Made by a program: the position numbers and the translations under genes
IMG/VR virus record: IMGVR_UViG_3300031760_000029
Coordinates: 18,593-82,592 of that record
DNA: 64,000 bases
Reading direction: 5' to 3' (one strand)
Source of the DNA: a virus
Taxonomy: Duplodnaviria; Caudoviricetes
The notes under the pieces: generated by a model
The model's database searches: none
What the model saw: only the letters and a program-made list of their open reading frames with translations
Told to the model about the DNA's origin: nothing
In this document: positions 50,173 through 62,500 of the stretch, in pieces
Layout of the letters: each line of letters starts with the position of its first letter
How positions within the stretch are numbered: position 1 is the first letter of the stretch

Positions 50173-51789
50173 CTGCGATGGAAGTATTGAATACATTTCA
50201 GGATATTAATCAGAGACTTGCAGAAATGGTAAATGGTGATGCACCCACGCGTCGTCAGAGACATAAGGATGTAATTGAATTGGTTAGTAAACTTTGTGCT
50301 GCCATCATGGAATCTCAGCAACCTTCCAAACAACAGACCGAACTTGAGGTGTGGTGATGGATACTGGATTACCTAAGGTTTCTTCTGTTGAGTTTGATAC
50401 TGGTCCAGCATATCCAATGCCAACAACCAGAATTGATGACTTCAGACAACCTTTGAATAATGCAATTGCAAGATATAAATGCAAGATGCAATTGCCTTGC
50501 GGAAGATGTGAATTGACGAAGGAGTTATGCACCTATGACTACAAATAAGATCAAAATGACAACAAACAAAGAGCATATCCAGAGCATGAACACGGAAGAT
50601 TTAGCTCGGTACTTAGCTCGCATTAATGATAATGGATACTCAGTACAGCAACTGATTGACTGGCTCGGATCGATTTATATGTCTGATCGCATCGATGTTA
50701 AAATTCCTGGCCGCAAATATACTGGCGATTTCGAAGGTGAGGCACACAGTTGGGATGAAGCATACAAGCGAGAAATGAATTGGTTACGAGAGCACGGATA
50801 CCTTGCGCAAGACAACATTGACGAACAGGGCAAGGGGGCGATCTCATGAAGCGCACAATTATTGGCAAATATTTAGATGCATACTTCTTAGGATCTGAAA
50901 ATGAAGCTAAGAAAGTGTATGTGCATCCAAGATATGCATGGCAGATATGGGAAGTCGAAGATGCCTTATATGGATATATGTGCGACCAGAGCGAAGAAGA
51001 ATTTGCGGAACAATCTGGTGGTGACGAAGCGTACTGGCGTGGCTCAGAAGGTACAGTACTTGGTACTCCAGATACTCCTTGTGTAATTCACGGAAAGGAA
51101 TTGAATGTATGGGATGATTTTGATGAAAATCTCTCATCATATCAGACCTTGCTTGATTATTTGAATCACATGGGAATTAGCACGGAAACAAATCTGATCG
51201 CCGCATTCAAAGATCTCGCTAAGTGGAACAAGATTGGCGTTGAGGAATTGCTGAATACTTATGAGGGTTCAAAAGATGAAGGATGATTTACTCGATCACG
51301 GGTATAACGATTACAAGCCAGGTCCATTTGATGGTGACTGCGTTACAAGGTGTTATCAAAAAGCTTTTAGAGATGGTGATGATCGGAAGTATTTTCTGAC
51401 ATGGCACGAATGGGATTTCAGTAAATACGCAGATCCCAGACATCCAGAATTATTAGATCATACCTTCGAGGGCGAAACGCAGTTAACAACTACAGATGGT
51501 GATGTAATCGATATAACTTTTCTATCTGGATGGGACCGTGAAAAGGCTGAGAAATTTATGGAGAAATTATTTGATACTGGTTGGTTTAAGAAATACGACC
51601 ATGACTATGAGGAGGAGCAAAATGCTTAGAAGTATTAGAAGAAACGCGGTGAAGCACGCAATGAAGAAACAAGGCATGCAGCAGATGTGTAAGCGCACAG
51701 GCCAGCGCGGGCATGGCAGCAAGACCATTTATAAAGATGATAGTGGTCAGAAGAGTTACTTTGCCGCCCAGTGGCGCAATTATAGGTGA
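50169..51789 (+). CDS. hypothetical ORFs (50169-50357, 50351-50548, 50535-50849, 50846-51286, about 51276-51629, about 51622-51789)
   Basis: Coupled small ORFs. Confidence 0.55.
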
Positions 51790-52529
51790 CGCGGGTAGGA
51801 AAGAGACGACAAAATAATCGCGGACGTTGGATGACGATAGTTAAGTACATAGATCCGAAACACATTGAGGTTAAATTCGATAGTGGTTATATAACCGAAA
51901 CATCATACGCACACTTTGTAGAAGGAAGTGTAAAGGATCTACTTGAACCTACAGTGTGCGGAGTCGGCTATGTTGGTGGCAAGAAGTATTCAAGATCAAA
52001 AGATTCCAGAGCATATAGTTCGTGGATGCATATGATCTGGAGATGCTACGGGGATAACGGTCAAGATTTATCATATAAAGATTGCGTTGTATGCGAAGAA
52101 TGGAAAAACTTTCAGGTATATGCTCAGTGGTTTTATGATAATTATTATGAAGTACCTGGGTGTCTAATGTCAGTAGACAAAGACCTAATATCTCAGAATT
52201 CTCGTACATATTCACCATCTACCTGTTGCATACTTCCAGATTGTATCAATTCAATGATTATTACTCAGCCGCGCAAGCAGAAGCAAAGTCAGTATTATGG
52301 CGTTCTGTATTACAGCAATAAGCGTAGTCCATACGGTGTTAACTACTATACAAAAGAAGGATACAAACGTAAGAAGATGTTCCGTACAGAGCATGATGCG
52401 TACGATTTCTTTGTCGTCGAAATTGAAAACAGAATAAAAGCAAAAGCACAAGAGATTAAACAATACTTACCAACAAAAATCTTTGAAGCTATTATGGCAT
52501 TCTCATACAAAAAGGCGGTGGCGGTATGA
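51786..52529 (+). CDS. putative homing endonuclease (HNH-like with C-terminal AP2-like DNA-binding region)
   Basis: CGVGY.G, W..M..RCY, C.VCEEW.NFQ.YA.WF and DKD....SRTYSP.TCC..P..IN. Confidence 0.65.
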   Translation: MTRVGKRRQNNRGRWMTIVKYIDPKHIEVKFDSGYITETSYAHFVEGSVKDLLEPTVCGVGYVGGKKYSRSKDSRAYSSWMHMIWRCYGDNGQDLSYKDCVVCEEWKNFQVYAQWFYDNYYEVPGCLMSVDKDLISQNSRTYSPSTCCILPDCINSMIITQPRKQKQSQYYGVLYYSNKRSPYGVNYYTKEGYKRKKMFRTEHDAYDFFVVEIENRIKAKAQEIKQYLPTKIFEAIMAFSYKKAVAV

Positions 52530-52665
52530 CGTTACATGAAGCAATTAAAGTAATCAATAAGTATTTAACGGATAATAATGGCACTCCTGAGTTCCGAGCA
52601 GCATTATTTCAGGCGCTGGAGTATATGAACAGAGCAGATAGAAGAAAGAAAATTGTTTACGCTGG

Positions 52666-54446
52666 GTGAATGGTATGACGAACGAAGAATTAAAAGAAGA
52701 AATAGAATGTTTAGTTATGGATCAAGATGAATTGAATCATATTATTGTGCTCGAAGGCGATGAATTTGCAGATGGATGTATTGGCATAACAGATGATAAT
52801 CATCTAGTTTACAGTTACGACAGATTGGTTGATTCTCTTGCCGAAGCATATGAGAAAAATGGTATGGAAGATCCGTATGTGGCAGCTATGGAATTCATAG
52901 ATTATAACACAATAAGAAGTCTGCCATATATGAGATCTGAAGGATACGAACCAATAATCATTCACGAGTTTTAAGGAGTTATATATGAATATTGACGAGA
53001 ATACACCGAACGACATAGAAGATATTATTCCGATAGCATGTACTATGATAGTTAATTCAGAACAAAAGATTGAAGAACTTCAGGATGAGATAGAGGATCT
53101 TCGTATCAAATTGAAAAAGGCTCGTAAGGCTAAGAAGAGATGGAAGAGAATAGCATTAGCAATGTCAAAAGGAGAAAATATGGATAAGCCAATTGTTGGA
53201 GACATATTGTATACAAAAGATGGTATTAAATGCATTGTTACAGAGGTTGGGTGTGAGTCATTCTTTGTGAAACCTTTGAAACCGTATGGTGGAATCGAGG
53301 ATAATTTGTATATCTTCTCAGATATTGGAAAGACGTTGTTCAAAAACAGAAACGGATTTGACGAGGGTGAACTATGAGCGACAAAATAACTGCTACAGAT
53401 TATAAGAAAATCGAGGCTCGCGAGAAGCGCAAGAAGGAACGAAAGTATCTGAAGCATTTGAAGGATCTGGTTGAAAGTATTAATCCGTTTCATAGCAGCG
53501 CTGGTTCATATGATAAGAAGCATCAATTTACCAACGATCCAGAGAATATTGCTTTCTATCGAAAGATTTGGAGAAGTAAGCGCAGCAAGTATATCAAGAA
53601 GCAGTGTAATGATAAGGTTCGACGAGACGAAGAAGAATTATATCAGCGCGGTGCGTACAAAAAAGTTGGTGACTTTTGGTGGGACTATCTATGACTTACA
53701 AACGAGCTTTGCAGTTGTTAGAAATTGAACGTGAATGTGTCAGTCGCGGTTACACTTGTGATCGCGACTGCGCTAATTGTGAACTGGTTCAGGATACTGG
53801 CGAACTACTTGAAATGTATTCCTGGGTGATGAAGAAGTTGCACGAAAGAACGTCAGTGATGTATGGAGGAGAATGCGATGATCGACGAATTAAATGATTG
53901 CATATACAAGGTTCGAGAATTGTTTGATATGGCATTTGATTATAATCAGAATGATAAATTCCGAACAGAACTATCTCAGAAGTGTACAGATTATCTTGTA
54001 GATGTAGAGCAAACGCTTGCAGCAATTAGAGATAAGTTGGAGGAAGAAATATGAAAGTAGAGTTAAATATTGATGAAACACAGTTTAAGGAATTGCTGGA
54101 AGGACATCTATCCCAGCTATCAGAAGATACGATTAAAGATATCATCGTTGAAAGTATTCGTGGATATTTTTCTCAAAATAATTATGAAAATATCGAAAAC
54201 TTGTTTATTGAAACAAAAGCGAGTTATGGCTTCCGAGAAAAATGTGCAAGTCCTTTTCTTCAAAGACTTGTAAGAGATTGTGATTATTCCAAATTACAGG
54301 ATGTACTAAATGCGGCTATTGAAAATCTCAAAGAAAACAATGAAAGAATCTTAAAAGATATGTTCATTGAAGCAATAGCTAGTAAGATGACAGATACTTA
54401 TGGATTTAGAGATGGTATTCGCCAAGCATTACGTGAAATGAAATGA
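52666..54446 (+). CDS. hypothetical ORFs (52666-52974, 52985-53377, 53374-53694, about 53691-53897, about 53875-54054, 54051-54446)
   Basis: Coupled, RBS-supported. Confidence 0.6.
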
Positions 54447-54484
54447 AAGAAATGAATTTAATTAATAAAAGGAGAGAAATAAAT

Positions 54485-55075
54485 ATGAATGCAACCAATT
54501 TTATGAACAACATGTTTGGAAAGATTGCACCTGGGATGTGCAGATTGTCTATGAATGGAGAAATTGCAGTAAAGACAAGTAATGGTTATAAAACATATAA
54601 CTCTAAAACGGGGCGATTGACTAATTGCAGTAATTTTGTATTTGATATTGGAGAAGACTTTTTCTTTTTGATTCCGACAAACAAGGTTAACAAAGGAGAC
54701 ATTATTCTTGTTGGAGGAAAGCCGAAATGCGTAGTCGAAGTCAAAGAAAATGCCATTACGGTTATTAATTATGAAGATTCCACCATCGATACAATTCTGC
54801 CAGAACGCCATGTGTTTATGGGGAATACGTATTTTTACGGTAAAATTATAAGCATGTTCGGTGACTCTTTTAAAAACAGTAAAAAAGGTGGCATGAATAA
54901 TATTTTTAAGTATATGATGATGAGTGAGATGATGAAGGGGAATTCAGGTACAACAGGAAATCTGCTTCCACTTATGATGATGGGTAATGGCGGTTTTGAG
55001 AATATGTTTGACGGCATGTTTGATTTTGATATCGATACAGATGATGCCGAAGAAGAAAGTGAGGATGAAGAATAA
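54485..55075 (+). CDS. unknown protein with Met/Gly-rich C-terminal region, first gene of the vWA module
   Basis: AAGGAGAG RBS supports the MNATNF start; YMMMSEMMKG...LLPLMMMGNGG; coupled to the vWA gene through TAATG. Confidence 0.75.
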   Translation: MNATNFMNNMFGKIAPGMCRLSMNGEIAVKTSNGYKTYNSKTGRLTNCSNFVFDIGEDFFFLIPTNKVNKGDIILVGGKPKCVVEVKENAITVINYEDSTIDTILPERHVFMGNTYFYGKIISMFGDSFKNSKKGGMNNIFKYMMMSEMMKGNSGTTGNLLPLMMMGNGGFENMFDGMFDFDIDTDDAEEESEDEE

Positions 55076-55938
55076 TGGGTTGTGGAAGTTGGGATACAAA
55101 AACATTTGCTAACTATGTAACATCTAGCGCTGTTACTCGTGGATATACTGCGAAATTGGATTCTTTGGGGAATGTTGTAACCACTGCAACAAATCAAGAT
55201 ATGTTTAAAAATACACATATCGAACATGAACTCGACCCCATGAATGTCATGAGAGAATGCAGAGATTCAGAAGAACATCCTAATACATTTCCGATAATTC
55301 TAGGTTTGGACGTGACTGGGTCGATGGGACAAGCAGCTGTTGAAGTAGCTAAGGCACTTAACAAAATTATGACTAACTTGTACGACAAAATTACAGATGT
55401 GGAATTTTGTATTATGGGGATTGGCGATCTTTATTGTGATTGTTCTCCAATTCAGATTTCACAATTTGAGTCAGATATTCGTATTGCGGAGCAACTTGAT
55501 AAAGTCTGGTTTGAATTCGGCGGCGGTGGAAACTTTAGTGAATCATATACTGTTGCATGGTATATGGGATCTAGACATTGTGATCTTGATTGCTGGAAAC
55601 GTGGAGAAAAAGGAATTATCATCACAATTGGAGACGAGCGATGCAATCCATATTTGCCGATGAATCAACTCCAAAAGTTAACAGGCGACACTCTTGAAGG
55701 TGATGTTGAAACGAAGAACCTTTATAATGAAGCTTCTCAAAAATTTGATATCTATCATATTCAGATTAATCATGGGAGAGAATGGGATATTGATGGCATC
55801 AAAAAGTCATGGGAATTCATTGAAGATAATTATTATGAATCTAATATGGATAATATTGCTGATACAATTATCAATATCATTACCAATCATGGAACGCAGA
55901 ATATTACTGCAACTAACACTGAAGGAATTAGTTGGTAA
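55075..55938 (+). CDS. von Willebrand factor A (vWA) domain protein
   Basis: MIDAS LGLDVTGSMG; GGGGN.SESY; IITIGDE. Confidence 0.8.
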   Translation: MGCGSWDTKTFANYVTSSAVTRGYTAKLDSLGNVVTTATNQDMFKNTHIEHELDPMNVMRECRDSEEHPNTFPIILGLDVTGSMGQAAVEVAKALNKIMTNLYDKITDVEFCIMGIGDLYCDCSPIQISQFESDIRIAEQLDKVWFEFGGGGNFSESYTVAWYMGSRHCDLDCWKRGEKGIIITIGDERCNPYLPMNQLQKLTGDTLEGDVETKNLYNEASQKFDIYHIQINHGREWDIDGIKKSWEFIEDNYYESNMDNIADTIINIITNHGTQNITATNTEGISW

Positions 55939-55959
55939 ATAAGAAAGGACACGATCAGT

Positions 55960-57120
55960 ATGACTACAAAGGTTAAAGTTGTTATAGGAGCTTCTGCTGG
56001 TGATGAGGGGAAGGGTTTAGTTACAGACTATTTTGCAGCTGAATCTTCTCGATTATGCAGAACATGTCTTAATGTGTTATCTAACGGTGGTAGCCAGCGT
56101 GGTCATACTGTGACAGTCCCTAATGGAACATCTCATGTATTCCATCATTTTGGAGCAGGAACATTTGTTGGGGCAAAAACATATCTTCCATCATATTTCA
56201 TTGTTAATCCTATGAATTTTGCGAAGGAATATGATGAATTAATAACCATTGGTGCAAAATGCTGTCCGATATTTATTAATAAAAATTGCCCACTAACTAC
56301 ACCGTTCGATATGTTGGCAAATATGATGATTGAGGAATCTCGTGGATCAAATCGCCATGGAAGTTGTGGATGTGGAATCTGGGAAACAATTTTGCGAAAT
56401 GGTATTACAGTTGGAGAGTTCGCAGCAAAATCGGAAGAAGAGAAGATTAGGTATCTTGAGTTTGTGCGTGATAATTATTTTCGTAATAGAATTAGTTCAA
56501 AAGGTATTAGCGGCTATACAAAATGGGACGACATTATTTACTCTGCTAATCTTATACCAAATTATATTTATGATTTCAATTTGCTAATCAGCAACTCAAT
56601 ATTTACTGATGATTCTATCATGAGGGTTTATGATGACATTATTTTTGAAAATGGTCAAGGGCTACTATTGGATCAGAATATAGAGGGATACGGCAAAAAT
56701 ACTACTCCAAGTAATACTGGATTACAAAATCCATCAGAAATGATAAACAATTTGCCAAATGATGTAGATGTAGAAGTGGTATATGTAAGTCGCACCTATC
56801 TTACTCGACATGGTGTTGGCAGATTTGATACTGAATGTGAAATGGATGGAATAAGTAATCATATTACTACTGATAAAACAAATATCTGGAATGAATGGCA
56901 AGGAAATTTGCGTTATGGGATTTTGGATTTGGGTAATCTGGAAACTAGAGTGTTAAAAGACTTTACTAGCTATGGGCATCTTGATTGGAAAATAAGTTTC
57001 TTTTTTACACATTATAACGAAAACAATAGTATTTGTTTGAATAGCATTGTTAACAATTATAATACTTATATTTCAGATGGCAAAACAAGAAATAATATTC
57101 AATCAAAGAATATTTCATGA
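55960..57120 (+). CDS. divergent adenylosuccinate-synthetase-like ligase
   Basis: GDEGKG, GGSQRGHTV, GSCGCGIWET, FENGQGLLLD and YLTRHG.G. The Asp-binding loop is replaced by TNIWNEWQGNLRYG and the C-terminus is short. Confidence 0.8.
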   Translation: MTTKVKVVIGASAGDEGKGLVTDYFAAESSRLCRTCLNVLSNGGSQRGHTVTVPNGTSHVFHHFGAGTFVGAKTYLPSYFIVNPMNFAKEYDELITIGAKCCPIFINKNCPLTTPFDMLANMMIEESRGSNRHGSCGCGIWETILRNGITVGEFAAKSEEEKIRYLEFVRDNYFRNRISSKGISGYTKWDDIIYSANLIPNYIYDFNLLISNSIFTDDSIMRVYDDIIFENGQGLLLDQNIEGYGKNTTPSNTGLQNPSEMINNLPNDVDVEVVYVSRTYLTRHGVGRFDTECEMDGISNHITTDKTNIWNEWQGNLRYGILDLGNLETRVLKDFTSYGHLDWKISFFFTHYNENNSICLNSIVNNYNTYISDGKTRNNIQSKNIS

Positions 57121-57130
57121 GGATAATGAA

Positions 57131-59534
57131 ATGGAGATACAGAAAGCAAATACATTAAAAGGTGCGTCAAGATTTGGTTCTTGTGGTGAATGTGGAAAAG
57201 GAACAAGTGATGGAATTGAAATGTGGAGAATACAATTTCCACATTATAGCATGTACTTATGCGAAAAATGTCTAAAGAGAGTTGGGTATGTTTTAGGAAA
57301 ATATGCAGAGTCAATTAAAGAATAATTCTATGAGGCATATATGTACGATATTATTAAAACAGCAAAAGAATATTGCGATATTAAAACATGCCCGTTTTGT
57401 GGTAATGACGAATATATTATGATTCGTCATAATATTACAACGTCTATAGATCAATACGGAGACAAAAACCCTGATTGGTGGGAAATAGAATGTTATAAAT
57501 GCCGTTGTACTGTAAAACATGATACTGAAAAAGATGTAATTGTTAGATGGAATAGTAGAAAAGATTGATTTAATAGGAGGTATTTATGATAACCATATAT
57601 AATCAGTCAAATAAACGATGTTGGTTGTATGATGGATGTCCTTGCCGAACTGCTGGATGTTGGGGAACACCAGATGAAGGATGCCCTGTTTATAGGTATT
57701 TTAAGCAATTAATTGAAGAAAGAGAAAAGGAACAGATTAAAAGTTGATTTGATTGGAGAGAAGATGACAAGAGAAGAATTAGAACAGGGAAGACATAGAC
57801 GTAATCCAGATAGAGTATACGGATATTTCTGGTCTTTCTGTGAACAGAATAGCTGTTGTGAGGATTGCGATAAGATCATTCGTTTTGGGTGCAGCGTCAA
57901 AAGAATAATAGAAGAATGGCAGACAAAGCGGATCTTGAGGATATGCAAATAAAAGGTTATTTTCATTGGGGAAGAAAGATGAGAATTAAATTTGGAAATA
58001 AAATAATAGAATTCGATCATGCGTGTCAATTGGGTGGGGCCGATAGATTTGTAGAAGTATGGTCTACGAAACATAAATATACAATCGATTGCGAGACGAA
58101 CAATTGTGCTAGATGGTTAATGTCTACTTTATTGACAGATGGATATTTCGATGCATCTGGAGTAGATTACGACAATAGCAATGATCAGACTTGGATTGAT
58201 TACTGTAATAATAAAACAGATGAACAAAAAGTGTTCGTATCATGGATTAATCAAGATATTACCAAGATTGTTTCACAAAGATAATATTTACGAATATTTC
58301 TTGAAATAATTTTGATAATGCTACAATACCGATAGAGAATAAATACATCTTTTTCATTAGAGGATTATATATGTGTGTATTATGTGAAAATAAAATATAT
58401 ACAAGAAATGAGCTTGATCACTGGTTAATAGCATCTTCTTATGATGATACTCTGCCACACAATATTATATACAAAGATAATATTAATCATTATCTATTTA
58501 GCTGCGTTGGTGATGATTACTATAATAGAGACACTATAACATTAATTAATTACTGTCCTGTATGTGGCGAAAAGTTAGGAGAATAAAAATGAAATTAAAA
58601 GACATTGTAAAAACACAGGATCAAATTTTAAATGATGGTAATTCTGTAGAAAACAACATGATTACTGGCAGTGATATTGTTTGTATTGGACATTTCGGAA
58701 ATGTAGTGAGTCTTGATATTTGGACAAAGTCATGTAGTTTATATCATGATTATAATAACACAGATAATATTGGCTGGCAAATTAAAGCATTAGTGGAATT
58801 ATTTGACTTGACGGATGAAGATGGATTTGTTTTGAGTAGATTCAAAAATATTCCTTGTAGAATTGTACTGGAAGGTTCTGGTGGATGGGGAAGTAAGGTC
58901 ATTGGTTTCGGACATTTTATGAAAGACAAATTCGTATATAAAGATGACTTTGCGAAGATCATAGAATAATTAGAGAGGATAAGCAAATGAAGAACTGTCC
59001 TAACTGCGGGTCTCCAATAGATCCGTACAGAGTAAAGTGCGAATATTGTGGCACGATGTATTTTGACTGGGCCACTTGGTTGCGAGATGGAGAGCCATGT
59101 TATATCAATTATTTTGTTGGTAATAATACTACCATAACTACTCGTGCAATACCACATTTGGAAGCATTGGAAGTAAGTAGTGAACCAACATATATAGATT
59201 ATATAGACAACACCACTCATCGTTTTCTAAGTAGTAAATATTGCGATATGCGCGTTAATTTTTCTTGTATTTCCGATCCGTCAGATAATAGTTTGTTTAA
59301 GGTAATGGAGGAATAATGAAAACCAAGACGGTAGTAATAAATAATGGTGTCAACGGTAATATCGATAATGTTGACAATGTGGTTGTATATGGTGGTGTCA
59401 TTGGCGATATTAAAAAATGTGAGAATGTATATATTATTGGCGGAGATGTTTTGGGCGATGTCAATTCTAATGGTATGGTATTTGAATGCGACAAATTGCC
59501 CATAATTGGCGACCCAATACAACTTGCTCGATAG
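57131..59534 (+). CDS. run of small hypothetical ORFs (57131-57325, 57341-57568 Lar-like zinc ribbon, about 57761-57952, about 57979-58284, 58371-58586, about 58589-58969, 58987-59316, 59316-59534)
   Basis: Many carry CxxC pairs; 59316-59534 has a GD/GN-V repeat suggesting a small beta-helix. Confidence 0.55.
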
Positions 59535-59543
59535 TCAGAGGAT

Positions 59544-62500
59544 ATGATAATGCAGAACAATTATGTGACATATCACCTTCATAGTAGTAATTCTTTATTA
59601 GATTCTTGTACAAGTTATCAAGAGTATATTGATTACGCTGCTTCAATTGGGCAGAAAGCAATATGTTTCACGGAACATGGAAATTTGTACCAGTGGTTTG
59701 GAAAGAAATTGTATGCCGAATCAAAGGGATTAAAGTATTTGCATGGCGTCGAATGTTATCTAACTGAAAGATTTAAGAATCCAGATGATAAAGATGACAA
59801 GAATATTCGCGACAATTATCATACAATACTAATTGCACGCGACTGGGATGGATTTGTTGAATTAAATAATCTGGTATACAAGAGTTCTCGGCCAGATCAT
59901 ATGTACTATAAGTGGCGTTTATCTTTTGATGAGTTTCTTGAGATTAGTGACCATATTATCAAAATATCCGCCTGTGTACAGAGTCCACTTAACAGATACA
60001 GACAGAATGTTAAGGCGCGTGGTATTACAGACGCTGATAAAAAGATGATGACAAGGCTGCTGCAGCATTATGATTACTATGAAATCCAGTATCATAATAT
60101 GCAGGACCAGATTGAGTTCAATCAGTATCTATACAGAATGTCACAGAAATTTCATAAGCCATTAATCGCGGCTACGGATACGCATAGCTTGAATAAATAT
60201 AAGGCCGAATGCCGCACAATGCTACAGTATGGTAAGACGGATGGTGCCTGGGGTGACGATGAGAATGAGTGCGATCTGACGTACAAAACGTACGATGAAT
60301 TGGTTGCGGCATTTGAAGAACAGAATTCTCTTCCTATGGATGTTGTTCTTGAAGCCATTGAAAATACAAATAGGATGGCTGATTCTGTCGAAGAAATTAA
60401 GATTGATACTCATAACAAATATCCAATTCTTTACGGAGAGCGCGACGAAGAGGTATTGTGGGATATTATCAAGAAGAATTATAAGGAGAAGCGGAAGGCT
60501 GGCATTATCTCTGATGATAAGCAGTACATAGAGAATATCAAGGAGGAAATGCGAGTATTTAAGAAGATTGATATGATTGGATTCATGTTATTCATGTCTG
60601 AGATAATGACATGGGCGCGTGAAAATCATATTGCAACAGGATTTGCACGTGGTTCTGTTGCGGGTAGCACAGTGGCATACATGGCGAATATAACAGATGT
60701 TGATCCTATTAAGTGGCATACAATATTCTCCAGATTTGCGAACGAGAACAGGGTTGAGGCTGGAGATATTGATACAGACTGGTATGAAGATGACAGACAA
60801 AAGGTCTATGACTATATCATTAATCGGTTTGGCTCTGATAAGACTGCATATATCCTGGCCATGGGTACGCTAGCTGATAAATCTGTAATAGATGTGATTG
60901 GCAAGGCGTTCAGAGTTAAGGCTGAGCGCACAAATACAACAACAGAATATACACTGGAGAAGATCAAAGATATTAAAAAGGAATACGAAGAAGATCCAGA
61001 CAAGGCCAAGCATGATTATCCAGATCTATTTTATTATTATGATGGATTGCTTGATTGTATTGTATCTCAGAGCCAACATCCTGCTGGACTGATAGTCAGT
61101 TCTGTCAATCTAGTGGATAATTGTAGCGGTTTTTATGGCTCTGATGGACAGGTTATCTTACCGCTTGATATGGATCAGTGTCACGATATGGGACAGATCA
61201 AGTATGACATTCTTGGCCTCAAGTCTGTTGGTGTAATTGACAAGGTATATAAAATGCTTGGCAAAAACTTCCCACGTGCTGATGAAGTGGATTGGGATGA
61301 CCAAGAAGTGTATGACGATATAGCAAATGATCATACAGCGATCTTTCAGTTTGAATCTGATTACAGTGGTGATTGCTTGAAGAAGATGCATCCAACCAGT
61401 GTTGACGAACTGAGTCTGGTAAATGCATGTATCAGACCATCTGGTGAAACGTACAGAGATGATTTGTTATCCAGAAGAGTTCATAAGAATCCTTCTGAAA
61501 TCATAGATAATATGCTTAAGACGAATCTTGGTTTCTTGGTATATCAAGAGGACACCATTGCATTCCTTCAGCAGATATGTGGATTCTCTGGATCTGAAGC
61601 TGATACAGTACGACGTGCCATTGGTAAGAAGAAAGAAGAAGAGGTTAATGCTGCACTTCCTAAGATACTGGATGGGTACTGTGCAAAGTCTGATAAGCCG
61701 CGCAAAGAGGCTGAGGAAGAAGCAAAAGAATTTCTTGATGTTATTGCTTCGTCAAGCGCGTATCAATTTGGACGAAATCATAGTATTGCATACAGTATGT
61801 TGTCTTACATGATGGGGTATCTGAAGTATCACTATCCAGTACAATTCTGCACAGCGTTCTTGAATTGTGCTAAGAATGATGATGATATTCAGAACGGTAC
61901 GAAGATAGCGCAGAGTAAAGGCATTGCAATTGAGGGTATCAGATTTGGATTTTCGCGTGGTGAATACTCGTGTGATCCAGATAACAAAATCATCTATAAA
62001 GGAATTGCATCAATAAAGTATATGTCAAACCAACTTGCAGAAGAATTATATTCGCTCCGTAACTACAAATATGAGACATTTACGGATCTTTTATATGACA
62101 TTACTGACAAAACATCATGTGATAGCAGACAGTTGGATATCCTGGTCAAGCTCAATTTCTTTGAGGAGTTCGGAGATATTAATGATCTCCTTGCTCAAAT
62201 TGAAAACTACAGGAAGTTACGCGATAAAAAGACGCTAAAAGTATCAGATTTGGATACATTTAGCTTAGATTTGACACGTGTGAAACCGTTTGCGGAAAAA
62301 ATCACAGAAAAACAGATAAAAATTTCTGACATGCGGCCATTAATAACCGACATGAATGCGCGTGAAAACCGACACGAAACGTCACTTATTGATCGAATAC
62401 GTTACGAGAACGAATTACTGGGATACATTTCGTTGACATTACCAGACATTGCGGAACATTACTATTACATTACGAAGATTACTGGCAACGCATCACGAAT

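Noticed and set aside
55960-57120. PurZ / 2-aminoadenine (Z-genome) pathway
   Set aside because: The protein keeps the PurA-type Asp in GDEGKG, where PurZ has Ser. I recognised no DatZ or MazZ in the window, and the polymerase is DnaE rather than DpoZ.
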